Positions 51,701-64,000 of a stretch of DNA of 64,000 nt are shown one piece after another. A model generated the notes under the pieces. It was not told the DNA's origin. It searched no databases and saw only the letters and a list, made by a program, of their open reading frames with translations. The stretch lies in the NCBI RefSeq assembly GCF_006345805.1, contig NC_042997.1, forward strand, positions 184,946,001-185,010,000. The letters run 5' to 3'. Every line of letters starts with the position of its first letter. Within the stretch, counting starts at the first letter, position 1. The DNA is from Octopus sinensis. Its lineage: Eukaryota. Both the position numbers and the translations under genes were made by a program.

Positions 51701-53206
51701 CAGGGTGGGTGGAAAGTAACTAGGCACTAGAAATTACTTATAGAATTTTTAGTATAACTCAATACATGAGAAAAATATTTTTTTAAACAAACAACACTAA
51801 TGGGGATTTCTTATTTTCTTATTACCATATTTCTTATTTCTTATTTTCCAGATGGCGGGTGGCTTGACTGTTCAGGAGCGAGCTAAGCCAGTAGCACGTT
51901 ATGCAGTGTAGAATTCAATTGTTTTGCATCAGAGATGGTGGCGTGCATGGAAAGGTAAGCATGCAAAACTACGTCTGGAGACAATGAACAGTTGTCATGC
52001 AAACAGTGGAGGCGCAATGGCCCAGTGGTTAGGTCAGCGGACTCGCGGTCATAGGATCGCGGTTTCGATTCCCAGACCGGGCGTTGTGAGTGTTTATTGA
52101 GCGAAAACGCCTAAAGCTCCACGAGGCTCCGGCAGGGGATGGTGGTGATCCCTGCTATACTCTTTCACCACAACTTTCTCTCACTCTTTCTTCCTGTTTC
52201 TGTTGTACCTGTATTTCAAATGGCCGGCCTTGTCACTCTCTGTGTCACGCTGAATATCCCCGAGAACTACGTTAAGGGTACACGTGTCTGTGGAGTGCTC
52301 AACCACTTGCACGTTAATTTCACGAGCAGGCTGTTCCGTTGGTCGGATCAACCGGAACCCTCATCGTCGTAACCGACGGAGCGCTTCCCTTTTCCCTGTC
52401 ATGCAAACGGGCTCTATGATCACGGGCTCTATGAACGATGCAAGAAGTGGCCGTCCAACTGAATCCCGATCAGCGGAGAACGTGGCAAAAGTGCAGGAGA
52501 TGTTTAATCGCAGCTCGCAAAAAATCAACACGTCAAGCATCTCGTGAAAGTGAACTAACAAGTTAAGCAATACGTACGGTTTTGTAACCGCAGAATGGAA
52601 TATGGAGAGTTAATGCTAGGTTGCCATGAAGATTAGCCTGAATAGTTTGAAGACATCCTGTGGAGTGACGAGGCTGTATTCTATGTTGGTGGTTTCATCA
52701 ATCGTCATAACTGCCATTACTGGGCATCGTGTGATAAAATCCCTAAATAACAGATGAGAGGATGCAAGCTCGGCCAAAAGTTACTGTGTGATACCGAATG
52801 ACGGCAACAAGAGTCGTAGGCACATATCTTCTGCGTGACACCATGAATACAGACCGCTATCTTCAGATGCTCGAAAGTTACGTGTGGTCTACTGTGTCTG
52901 GCTGAGATAACATTTGTGACCTGATATTCATGCAAGATGGTGCACCAACCCATTTTGAACTTACTGTGCATGCGTGGTTAGACCAACATTTTCCAGGACG
53001 TTGGACGGGATGATGCGGTCCTCATGAATGGTCTCCAAGAAGTCCAGATATCACTCCATGTGATTTTTACTTGCGGAGTTACACAAAAGAGGAGGTGTAC
53101 AAGACAAAACCTCGCACACTGGAGGATTTAGAGACACGGCTTCAAGAGGTTCTCAATGATATCCCAGACGACATCCTTCAGAAGGTTGTTCATTCCATCC
53201 CAGCTT
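51701..53206 (+). pseudogene. Decayed Tc1/mariner-superfamily transposon
   Basis: TA|cagggtgggtggaaagtaact start; [51 protein letters not shown]; 3' TIR not seen. Confidence 0.82.
52005..52396 (+). mobile_element. SINE family C nested in the transposase
   Basis: 12-bp TSD tgtcatgcaaac at 51993-52004 and 52397-52408. Confidence 0.92.
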
Positions 53207-53286
53207 ATTAATTTCACGAGCAAGCTGCTCCGTTGATTGGATCAACTGGACCCTCGTCGTCGTAAACGACGGAGTGCCACGACATA

Positions 53287-53367
<81 letters not shown>

Positions 53368-53511
53368 TAAGTAAAAGAATCAAATGAAGAGTAAGTACCG
53401 TTAGGCAGCTTTTAAATGGCTACAAATGTTTCGCTATATACAGATCCTCGTATATAAAGGATTTAGAGTTAAGTTTTTATTGAATTATTTAACGATTTAC
53501 CTTCTGCTACA

Positions 53512-53843
53512 GCCTCGGGCCGACCAAAGTCTTGTAAGTGGATTTGTTACACGGAAACGAAAGAAACCCGTCCTATATATATATGTGTGTGTGTGTGTGC
53601 GCGTGTGTGTGTGCGCGTGTGTGTGTGTGCGTGTGTTTGTGTGTATGTGTGTATGTGTGTGTGTCTTTGTGTCTGTGTTTGTCTCCATCACCACTTCACA
53701 ACCGGTGTTGATGTGATTATATCTTAGAGGTTCGGCAAAAGAAGCTGATAGAATAAGTACTGGCTAAACAAAAGTCTTGGGGTCGATGTGTTCGACTAAA
53801 AGTCTTCAAGACGGTGTTCCAGCATGACCGCAGTCAAATGACC
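53512..53843 (+). mobile_element. SINE family B, 5'-truncated and decayed
   Basis: Consensus match. Confidence 0.78.
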
Positions 53844-54297
53844 ACAGGAGGTCTGGGCCCCGTTTGAACAAAATATTACAAATTTTTCAGACATTGTTCC
53901 TCCCCCATATCATCTAGCTCTGCTGCGTTCGTTAAATGGGTCGCCCAGCTGGAACGCAGCATTCATCTTGAATGTTCTCACGTTCTCAGGTGCACTCTAA
54001 GGACTTCATATTTCTCAAATGTACAAAGGTGCTGGCGAAACAAGATTGTTCAGATGTTTCAGCCTGATGTTTTTACTGAGGGGGAATAATTTTACGTTAT
54101 GCTAACGGATAACAAGTCTGCTTTTGCTCTAATTTTCTAGCTGCTTTACCATCTGAAAGTGGTAATGACCGACGCATTGATATCATATTGTAAGCTGCTG
54201 TGGTACCCTGGCGATTGCTTGGTATTTTCGTGGTGATTTTTTTCCGTAAAACAAAGCCAGAGACTGGTCGAAATTTATTATTCTCTCTAGAACATAA

Positions 54298-54475
54298 GCG
54301 CAGGAATGGCTGTGTGGTAAGTAGCTTGCTTACCTACCACATGGTTCCGAGTTCATTCTCACTGCGTGGCACCTTGGCCAAGTGTCTTCTACTATATCCT
54401 CGGGCCGACCAAAGCCTTGTGAGTGGATTTGGTAGATGGAAACCGAAAGAAGCCTGTCGTATGTGTGTGTGTGTG

Positions 54476-54507
<32 letters not shown>

Positions 54508-54724
54508 TTGCGTGTCTTCATTTGTCCCCCCCCCACCAACATCGTTTGACAACCGATGGTGGTGTGTTTACGTACCCGTTATCTTGCAGCTCGGCAAAAG
54601 AGACCGATAGAATAAGTACTAGGCTTACAAAGAATAAGTCTTGGGGTCGATTTGCTCGATTAAAGGCGGTGCATCAGCATGGCCGCAGTCAAATGACTGA
54701 AACAAGTAAAAGAGTAAAAGACTA
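54298..54724 (+). mobile_element. SINE family B
   Basis: Consensus match. Confidence 0.88.
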
Positions 54725-55211
54725 TACGTAACCACAACGGCAGAGGTATATCACATTGAGTGGCAGTCATTCATCTCTGTTGGGTAACCTTTCTATTAAA
54801 CGAATCTGTAATAGAGACACATTCGCTATTCAGTGATTTGTAGTGCACCTGAGCACTGTATACAATAATTTCATCATTATTATTATTAAGCTTTCTGTAG
54901 AAGATGAAAACAGAATTTATATACAAATGTTCATGTACATATGTTTAGGTGTGCATATGCAGATTTTAAGCACATATGCAATATACTCGTCTCCTTATAA
55001 ATATATGATTATGTATATGTGTGTGTGAAGTTTATGTACAACTTTATATACATGCATATACCATATATGTATGTATATACATACGGACATGAATATATAT
55101 ACATATACGTAAATATGCATATACATATATACATCCGTATACACACACACATTACACACACACATATATTATATATATAATATGTTTATTTATATATATA
55201 TATAATATGCG

Positions 55212-55243
<32 letters not shown>

Positions 55244-55333
55244 TATCAAATATTTATATGCATATATTTATTATATATAAATATATGTAATATATATATT
55301 ATATATATATATGTATATGTATATATTATATAT

Positions 55334-55365
<32 letters not shown>

Positions 55366-55397
55366 GGTGTATTATATATATATATAATATATATGCG

Positions 55398-55429
<32 letters not shown>

Positions 55430-55674
55430 TATCTAAATATTTATATGCATATATGATATATATATAAATATATGTATATATATTTATATATATATGTAAT
55501 GTATATATATATATATAATATATATATTATATATATATATTATATATATATATATATCGTATATATATTATATAGATATATATATATATATATATATAAT
55601 TATATATATATATATACATATATCTAAATATTTATATGCATATATATTTATATATATATGTATATGTATGTGTA

Positions 55675-55706
<32 letters not shown>

Positions 55707-57061
55707 CAACTATAGATATGTACATGTATCATAATTATACATACACACTTACATGAGTATAAATATGGACAGGCATACCTATGCACACGCACAGATATAT
55801 ATATATATATAAATATGAATAAGTAAACGCACACACACATATGTGTGTGTGTGTGTGTGAGTACACACAAATGCATATATACACACATACATACATATAT
55901 ATATATACAAAAACGTGCGTATACAGTTGTATATTCATATACACACAGACACACAGACACACACACACACGCACATATGTCTGCTTGTCTGTGTGTGTAT
56001 GTTCGTTTGTATATGTAAATGTTTAAGCTCCTGTACTCGCATGTGACTCTATGCGACTGCTTTTCCTTGCTCAAGGCAAAAATGTTATTCGTACTCTGGG
56101 GAGCCATTTTTCAAACTGGTAAATTTTCAAATTATCTTAATACACCGATAGAATCCCCGAGGGTCGAGTTTACGTGAAAAATCTACGTTGCTGGCCTGCT
56201 TTAGCGGATAAACTACGTGGTCACCTATGGGATACAAACATCAGCAAAAATCTGAAATACCGCTCGCTGTTTTCACATCTCCCAATTCTCTTATTTAACG
56301 CTTAACTGTACTATTTTCTCAAACATATGGACGCATTGAGATAACAGAGTTATTTTCTACGATGCATAATACTAAGCATGCACAATGCACACACACACAC
56401 ACACACGCACACATACGTAAACTCAAAACACACACACACACACACATACACACACAGACACGCACGCACATACGTACGCGTTTGTCTGTGTGTATGATTG
56501 TATATATGTTTGTATATATGTCTATGCAAGTGTGTGTATACCAAAGTTTTCTGAGTGTGTATCATGAAAACACACACGCACACACCACACACAGACACAC
56601 ACAGAGACACACACACCACACGCACACTGACACTCACACACAAACACACACACACACACATACTCACACACATTCATACACACACACACATTGTACCGAG
56701 AAATTTTGTACGCATGAAATTATACAAGTCAACAATGCAGTTGTGTTATCTGTATGGTAAATATTAAGTACAAATACACTTGCACACGCATACGCACACA
56801 TACACATACACCCACGCAAACACACATACACACGAACACATATACGAACACACATACGCACAAACATAGGAACATTATATATGGATAGATTATATGTTCG
56901 TTTGCGTGTGATTGTCATGAATTTTAAATATGAAATATACTTTTTATCACTGTTGACATAGCCGTAACACATATATGCACATACAAATACGTGCATATAA
57001 GTATGAATATATCCATATACATATGAATACATACATATATATTATTTTCTACTGTTAGGCA

Positions 57062-57250
57062 CAATGTCCAAAAGTTTGAGGGAGGGAACCAGTTGGTGAG
57101 ATCGACCCCAGTATGTAACTCGTACTTAATTTATCGACCCCGAAAGGCTGAAAGGTAAAGTCGACCTCAGCGGAATTTGAACTCAGAACCTAGACGAAAT
57201 ACCGCAAAGCATTTTACCCGGCGTGCTAACGTTTCTGCCAGCTCGCCACC

Positions 57251-57252
<2 letters not shown>
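57062..57252 (-). mobile_element. SINE family A, partial
   Basis: Consensus match. Confidence 0.8.
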
Positions 57253-57281
<29 letters not shown>

Positions 57282-57334
57282 CATACATAATACATACATA
57301 CATACATACATACATGCATACATATATATATATT

Positions 57335-57737
57335 ACTCTTTTACTCTTTTACTTGTTTCAGTCATTTGACTGCGGCCATGCTGGAGCACCGCCTTTTAGT
57401 CGAGCAAATCGACCCCGGGACTTATTCTTTGTAAGCCCAGTACTTATTTTATCGGTTTCTTTTGCCGAACCGCTAAGTAACGGGGACGTAAACACACCAG
57501 CATCGGTTATCAAGCAATGCTAGGGGGACAAACACAGACACACAAACACATACACACACACATATATATATACATATATACGACAGGCTTCTTTCAGTTT
57601 CTGTCTACCAAATCCACTCACAAGGCATTGATCGGCCCGGGGCTATAGCAGAAGACACTTGCCCAAGATGCCACGCAGTGGGACTGAACCCGGAACCATG
57701 TGGCTGGTTAGCAAGCTACTTACCACACAGCCACTCC
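57335..57737 (-). mobile_element. SINE family B
   Basis: Consensus match; its head abuts the H1 element. Confidence 0.88.
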
Positions 57738-57825
57738 GAAGACACAAAGAGAACATACAACAACGCGAGGACGTGGAACAAGTATAGTGTTATTGGACGC
57801 TCAAGAAAGGAAAGAAAGAAGGAGG

Positions 57826-57860
57826 ATTTAACGTTTCGAGTGGAGCTCTTCGTCAGAAAA
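57826..57860 (-). ncRNA. Minimal type-I hammerhead motif (H1), canonical core
   Basis: TTTT-CTGACGA-A-GAG ctcca CTC-GAA-ACGT-T-AAAT. Confidence 0.72.
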
Positions 57861-58149
57861 ATAGGAAAAGGAAAGATCCAAGTAAGGGAAGACGGAGGAA
57901 AAAATCACCAACAATACACACTCGGTCTCACACACAACGCAAACACACACAAACATATATATATATTTATATATACATAAATGTATTTCTGGCCCAATTT
58001 CCGTTATCACAGTTATTATCCAATCCTCACTCCAGTAACCAGGGGCCTTTGAGCACATATTTGTCCTAGCAAGAACGTCCATGAAAAAGCTTATTAACAG
58101 CTGGAGTAGCTTAAGTTGAAAAGAAAGCTAGTGCGAGCGCTCTGGTTGC

Positions 58150-58560
58150 AAAGCATGGACACGGAACAAATTTGAAAAGAATACACACAGAACGCTTGAA
58201 ATGTGGGTGCATAAGGGAAAGCTACGAGTGTTATACATAGACCATTGGACAAATTAATGGGCGAAAGACAAATAGGTGAGAGACAACTCCTGAATATTGT
58301 AAAAAAAAAAAAAAAAAAAAAAGCTCATCTATTGTGGACATATTCGAAGAAACAGACATCTGGACAGCATTGTCGTGGAAGGAAAAGTAAAGAGTAGTAG
58401 AGTAAGTGGTAGGCAAAGAACAGCAATGGAAAATATATAAGGAGCTGGTTGGACAACAGAGGTAAGGCAGCTGAAGAACTGGCGCTTAATCGGGAAAGCT
58501 TTCGTTGTAGTGGCATCAATTCGGTGCAGGTGTAGGATACATTGCAACGACAACGAATTC
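58150..58560 (+). pseudogene. RTE-type LINE ORF2 C-terminal remnant
   Basis: AWTRNK...LEMWVHK..LR (WT..AFEMW.YRR.L) and GHIRR...IVVEGKV...SGRQR (GH..R..EGK..G.R.RGR). Confidence 0.6.
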
Positions 58561-58965
58561 GCATAATTATAGGACAACTAAATAAAAGAAATATAACATG
58601 CCAGAGGTATGGGCAAATGCAAGTATAGCAACTTTTATACATTAATACATCTTAGGGTAATTAAAATTAAATCCGTCTGTAGATGGTGGGTCATAATTGG
58701 CAAATAGCAATTAAGACCGGATCCGCTTGAGAAGGGGAGATAATCTGAAGAATCAGAAATTCCGAAAATTGACAGGCCATCAAGGGAAAAGGACAGGCAT
58801 GTTGTCTGGAATTGCCGCGTATGTATATATATATGTTTGTATGCGTGCGTGTGTGTGTATGTGTGTGTGTTTGTGTGTGTGTATATATATATATATATAT
58901 ACGCACTATTTCTCCATAAATCATCGGGGGAAAATCGAGCCAAGTGCATACACAGATCAGTCTCA

Positions 58966-59013
<48 letters not shown>

Positions 59014-59309
59014 GACACACTCCCACTCATACACACAGAGATACGCACACACGCACACGCACATATACACACATACACCTACGCGCAAAGTCAGCACCTG
59101 CAATGTCACACAAACGTACGCGCGCGTACGCACATGCGTAGATACAGAGAGATTGATTGGAGGAAATAGAAGTAGAGATAATGAAAGGAAAGTAGAAATA
59201 GAGGAAGTGAGAAGGAGAGAGAAGGAGAAAGGGTGGGAGAAGGTGAAGGAGAGAGAAGGTGAAGGAGAGAGAAGGTGAAGGAGAGAGAGGAGAGTGAGAA
59301 ACAAAGATA

Positions 59310-59323
59310 AATAGATAGATACT

Positions 59324-59372
<49 letters not shown>

Positions 59373-59373
59373 G

Positions 59374-59433
<60 letters not shown>

Positions 59434-59508
59434 CATAGATAGGTAGATGGATAGATAGATAGATTGATAGATAGATGGATATGTATATATATATATATAT
59501 AGAGAGAG

Positions 59509-59602
<94 letters not shown>

Positions 59603-59610
59603 GGATAGAT
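59310..59610. repeat. (GATA)n microsatellite
   Basis: Direct reading. Confidence 0.95.
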
Positions 59611-59939
59611 GGATAGATATTAGCATCTGTCAGTGGATATTGAGAGTTTTCTATAGTCACGCAAAGAAGCCATTTGGGGTTTGTTGAGACTCTGATGATT
59701 AATCTTTACACAGGTCAGTTGCTTTCCACAAATCATTTTATTTATCCACTATTAACTTTATTATATATTTCGTGTTGTTCTGTTTCTCATTTTAGCTATT
59801 TCTCTTTGGAATTGTTCCGCAAAATTTGCATCAGTTGGTAGAAGTACAAACGTTACATATCCATAAATCGAACGGTTCTTGTTTAAAGTATGGTAGTATG
59901 TACATCAACGGTGGTTGTGTTTTGACAGTCCTACAAACG

Positions 59940-60148
59940 TTCCAGTCATTTGACTGAGGCCATGCTGGAGCACTACCTTTTAGTCGAGTAAATATCACCC
60001 CCCCCCAGGACTTATTCTTTGTTAGCCTAGTACTTATTCTATCGATCCCTTTTGCCGAACCGCTAAGTTAAGGGGACATAAGCACACCAGCATCGGTTGT
60101 CAAGCGATGTTGGGGGGGGGACAAACACAGACACACAAACATATACAC

Positions 60149-60179
<31 letters not shown>

Positions 60180-60649
60180 CTATATATATATATATATATA
60201 TATATTATATCCCATACACATATATACGACGGCTTCTTTCAGTTTCGTCTTCCAAATCCATTCACAGGCTTTGGTCGACTCAAGGCTATAGTAGAAGACA
60301 CTTGCCCAAGGTGCCACTCTATCGGTCTCTTTGCAAACTGCTAAGTTACGGGGACGTAAACACACCAACATCGGTTGTCAAGTGATGTTGGGGGGGGGCG
60401 AACACAGATACACAAACATACACACACACACACACACGCATATATATATATATATAATATATATATATATACAAACATATATACGACGGGCTTCTTTCAG
60501 TTTCCGTCTACCAAATCCATTCACAAGGCTTTGGTCGGCCCGAGGCTATAGTAGAAAATACTTGCCCAAGGTGCCACTCAGTGGGACTGAATCCGGAACC
60601 ATGTGGTTGGTAAGCAAGCTACTTACCTCACAGCCACTCCTACGCCTAT
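59940..60649 (-). mobile_element. SINE family B with internal tandem duplication
   Basis: The central segment appears twice (about 60050-60320 and 60320-60570). Confidence 0.82.
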
Positions 60650-62156
60650 GTTAATTTTTTTTTATAAAATCAGAGTTCAAATCTTGACGCGGTTTGATTT
60701 TATTTAAGATTCCTAGTCTGTTTCATTAATGTCAGTAATATGCTGCGAGAAAGATGGTCACACAGTGAGTAAAGCTTACGATTGATTTTATATTTGATTT
60801 GAAGCCATTCCCGTCACTGCATATAAATATATTTAACTGTATCAAAGGATTATGTTAAAAAGCGGACTTAAGCGCCAAATAGCAACTCCTTATATGCAGA
60901 ATGATTTAGAAAATTCGTACTATTTGAGTTCCTACTCAGAAGCATATATTCGCTGATGACTAATGCCCATGACCTACATGCCCAAGGTGTCAAAATTTCC
61001 ACGTGTAAGCATTGCTTTTCCTGTTATCTACTTTAATATTCTATTTTCTCTCCGGAAAGCTTGGTATATATTCCCTAGGAAAACATGGTTCATAGAAAAT
61101 TGAACGACCATAATAATAAGGGAAAAGGGAAAAATTTGACAAGTCAGTCAGTCGCCGGCTGACACTCGTTCTCGCCACACCGAAGAGGCCAGGGAACAGA
61201 AGAAAGAAGACATGCACTCAACACCAGAGCTGGACACCTCCGAAAGGGTGGGGAACGCCACTTTAAACGGTAGAGGAGTAGGGGCCGGAACCGGACGTGG
61301 TTCCTCCTGATGATGTCTTGAGCTAACTGGATCCTATAAAGGAGCTGTTGTGGTAGCAGACCACGTAACACGGTTGTAATTCCTCAGTTAGAGAAAGTGA
61401 GAGAGAATGGGGAAAACGAGAGGGTCAGGAGGGTCAGAGAGGAGAAATGGAGTGAGAGGAAGACAGAGATAGAGTAAGAGAAGAAAATTGAGTGCCTTGA
61501 ATATGTTAATTAGTGAGATGTTAGACTGTGGTATATATTGGTTAGTTCTGATAGTTTTATCGGAGCACGTCATAAATAATCTGTAAAGCTATCAGTCAAG
61601 CAGCCATAGCTCCGATATATTTTCCGTTTCGATTTCCGATTGCAATGATTTTCCTGCACATAAGCCACAAAAGCCACTGGGAATGACAGCAACAACCCGA
61701 TATAACGTTTACACTGCCGTCCAAATCTTAAGCATTATGAATGGCTCCGATAAATCAATACGAATGCCTTCAGGGGAGTGCGTAGGCAGCATGCAAGCGC
61801 AATGGACCTCTTCAAATAAACCGCGAATTTGAATGTAATCAAGTCAAACGAACAGGATAGCATATAAGCAAAACAGATCAAAAGTGTTATTTGTTCAAGA
61901 AATCCTGTAGACCTGTCTGTTTATTTTCCAAAAATGACTGACCGTAAACAAAGGTAAGACCCGAATTGGAATAATTTTCCATCTTCGATGCTGCTGCTAT
62001 CTCATATACAGCCTAGATTGTATTCTACAAAAGAAGTCAAAATAAACTGATTAGCATGAATCCGTGAGGAGACATGTCATCTCCTCATTCTATCAACTGC
62101 TATTACACTGGCCAGTGTTCTTTAGAGCTATCTGCACTCATGCTATCTCTATGCAA

Positions 62157-62566
62157 ACCTATTTCTTTACTACCCACAAGGGGCTAAGCACAGAGAGGAC
62201 AAATAAGGACAGACAAACGGATTAAGTCGATTATATCGACCCAAGTGCGTAACTGGTACTTATTTAATCGACCCCGAAAGGATGAAAGGCAAAGTCGACC
62301 TCAGCGGAATTTGAACTCAGAACGTAGCGGCTGGCGAAATACCTATTTCTTTACTACCCACAAGGGGCTAAAAACAGGGGACAAACAAAGACAGACGGAC
62401 GGATTAAGTCGATTACATCGACCCCAATGCGCAATTGGTACTTAATTTACCGACCCCGAAAGGATGAAAGGCAAAGTCGACCTCGGTGGAATTTGAACTC
62501 AGAACGTAGGGGCAAACGAAATACCGCTAAGCATTTCGCCCGGCGTGCTAACGTTTCTGCCAGCTC
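62157..62566 (-). mobile_element. SINE family A dimer
   Basis: Head plus two tandem units. Confidence 0.88.
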
Positions 62567-63132
62567 TACGCAAACCATTTATCTTTTTACCTCTGTACAC
62601 CTATGCTGTGTCTGACCCGCAGCTCATTATTAATTCCATCATCCAGTCGACCTTTCCTAGAAGATTGATCTTCTGGATGACACTCTCCCAATATTTTAAC
62701 TACAGCCATCAAATTTCAGCTTTTGTAAAAGAATATCCACTGGGTCAATCGCAATGGTCTGAGACGATCTGCGAAAGTCAGGAATACAAGACCGAAAAGA
62801 AATGTTTAAGAAAGTGGAGAAGAACGAGTATTACTGGAATAAAATATCTTACAGTATTTAGTTTCACACCCCAGTGATCTATATAACTCCAACATATTTC
62901 GAAAAAATTTATTAGCGTTGATTTCAAACCAATTATCATGCGCTGAGCACTTCTGCAGTGTCGTTAAACCTATTAAAACTGGAACCGAAATATCCTTCAA
63001 ATCGCACCGTACTAATAGGCTCAAATAAAGTATGCGTAGGGCAAAATTGTCAATAACATACACAAAATACTAGATTTATCTGCATGGAGAGTCTTTGGTT
63101 ATAGAACTACTGGATTGAACTACTGGATTTTA

Positions 63133-63550
63133 AAAGGCGGTGAGCTGGCAGAAACGTTAGCACGCCGGGCGAAATACCTAGTGGTATTTCGTCTGCCGTT
63201 ACGTTCTGAGTTCAAATTCCGCCGAGGTCGACTTTGCCTTTTATCCTTTCGGGGTCGATTAAATAAGTACCAGTTACGCACTGGGGTCGATGTAATCGAC
63301 TTAATCCGTTTGTGTGTCCTTATTTGTCCTCTCTGTGTTTAGCTCCTTGTGGGTAGTAAAGAAATAGGTATTTCGTCTGCCGTTACATTCTGAGTTCAAA
63401 TTCCACCGAGGTCGACTTTGCCTTTCATCCTTTCGGGGTCGATAAATGAAGTACCAGTTACGCTCTGGGGTCGATGTAATCGACTTAATCCGTTTGTGTG
63501 TCCTTGTTTGTCCCCACTGTGTGTAGCCCCTTGTGGGCAGTAAAGACATA
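63133..63550 (+). mobile_element. SINE family A dimer
   Basis: Head plus two tandem units; tactggatt flanks both sides. Confidence 0.88.
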
Positions 63551-64000
63551 AGAATTACTGGATTGAGGCTAACATGGAAATAAACCGCAGCATCAGTAGC
63601 AACGCCTCGACCACAACCACCAGCAAGATCAAGAACAGCAGCAGCAATATTGAAAACATTAGAATATAATTGTCATTAGTTCATACATAACAAATTAATA
63701 CTGATTCATAATGCTACAATGACAAATTGAACACAACAATGATATTCAATCGATTATCTAATATACCATATCATAATCCAAATACCTCTCAATATGGATC
63801 AAGTACTGTCAATGTCTTCCTCTCTTTCTCGTTTCTCTGCCTCTCAGTTTTACGTAACCCGGCAACAACAATGTCTTCGTACATTAACTTTCATTAAATT
63901 TCCTATGCAAATACCAGCAGTCGTGTCGGTTTAGAATTCTCGAAGCGTTGCTGCTTGTTTACACTTTGTATGTGTGGGGTCACTCTCAAGGGAAAGATAA

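Noticed and set aside
58466-58505. CTGAAGA..GAA-AGCT-T motif
   Set aside because: It lies in RTE coding remnant and stem I does not pair; likely chance.

Overview
Repeat-dense, AT-rich eukaryotic intergenic or intronic DNA. The SINE families and microsatellite load look like an Octopus (coleoid cephalopod) genome, which is my inference and not checked against a database. I found no supportable host protein-coding exon. Almost all ORFs in the track are microsatellite or SINE read-through. Recognisable content: several tRNA-derived SINE families (labelled A-F here; more than 40 copies, many with TSDs), non-autonomous Helitrons, a Merlin-like MITE, and decayed mariner, Tc1-like, HERO-, Tx1-, RTE- and Penelope-type retro/transposon fragments. 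The main signal no ORF explains is about 14 minimal type-I hammerhead ribozyme (HHR) motifs from about 7 distinct small element families. Most motifs have a self-complementary stem III (ACGT, ATAT, ACAATTGT, ACCTAGGT/ACTTAAGT), and most elements end against a (TA)n tract. Three families occur as head-to-head fold-backs, including a 591-bp zero-spacer palindrome. One family occurs as a tandem array and one is fused to a tRNA-like SINE head. Together these suggest a Penelope-dependent, microsatellite-targeting retrozyme-like system. All ribozyme calls are by-eye folds and none is tested for cleavage.
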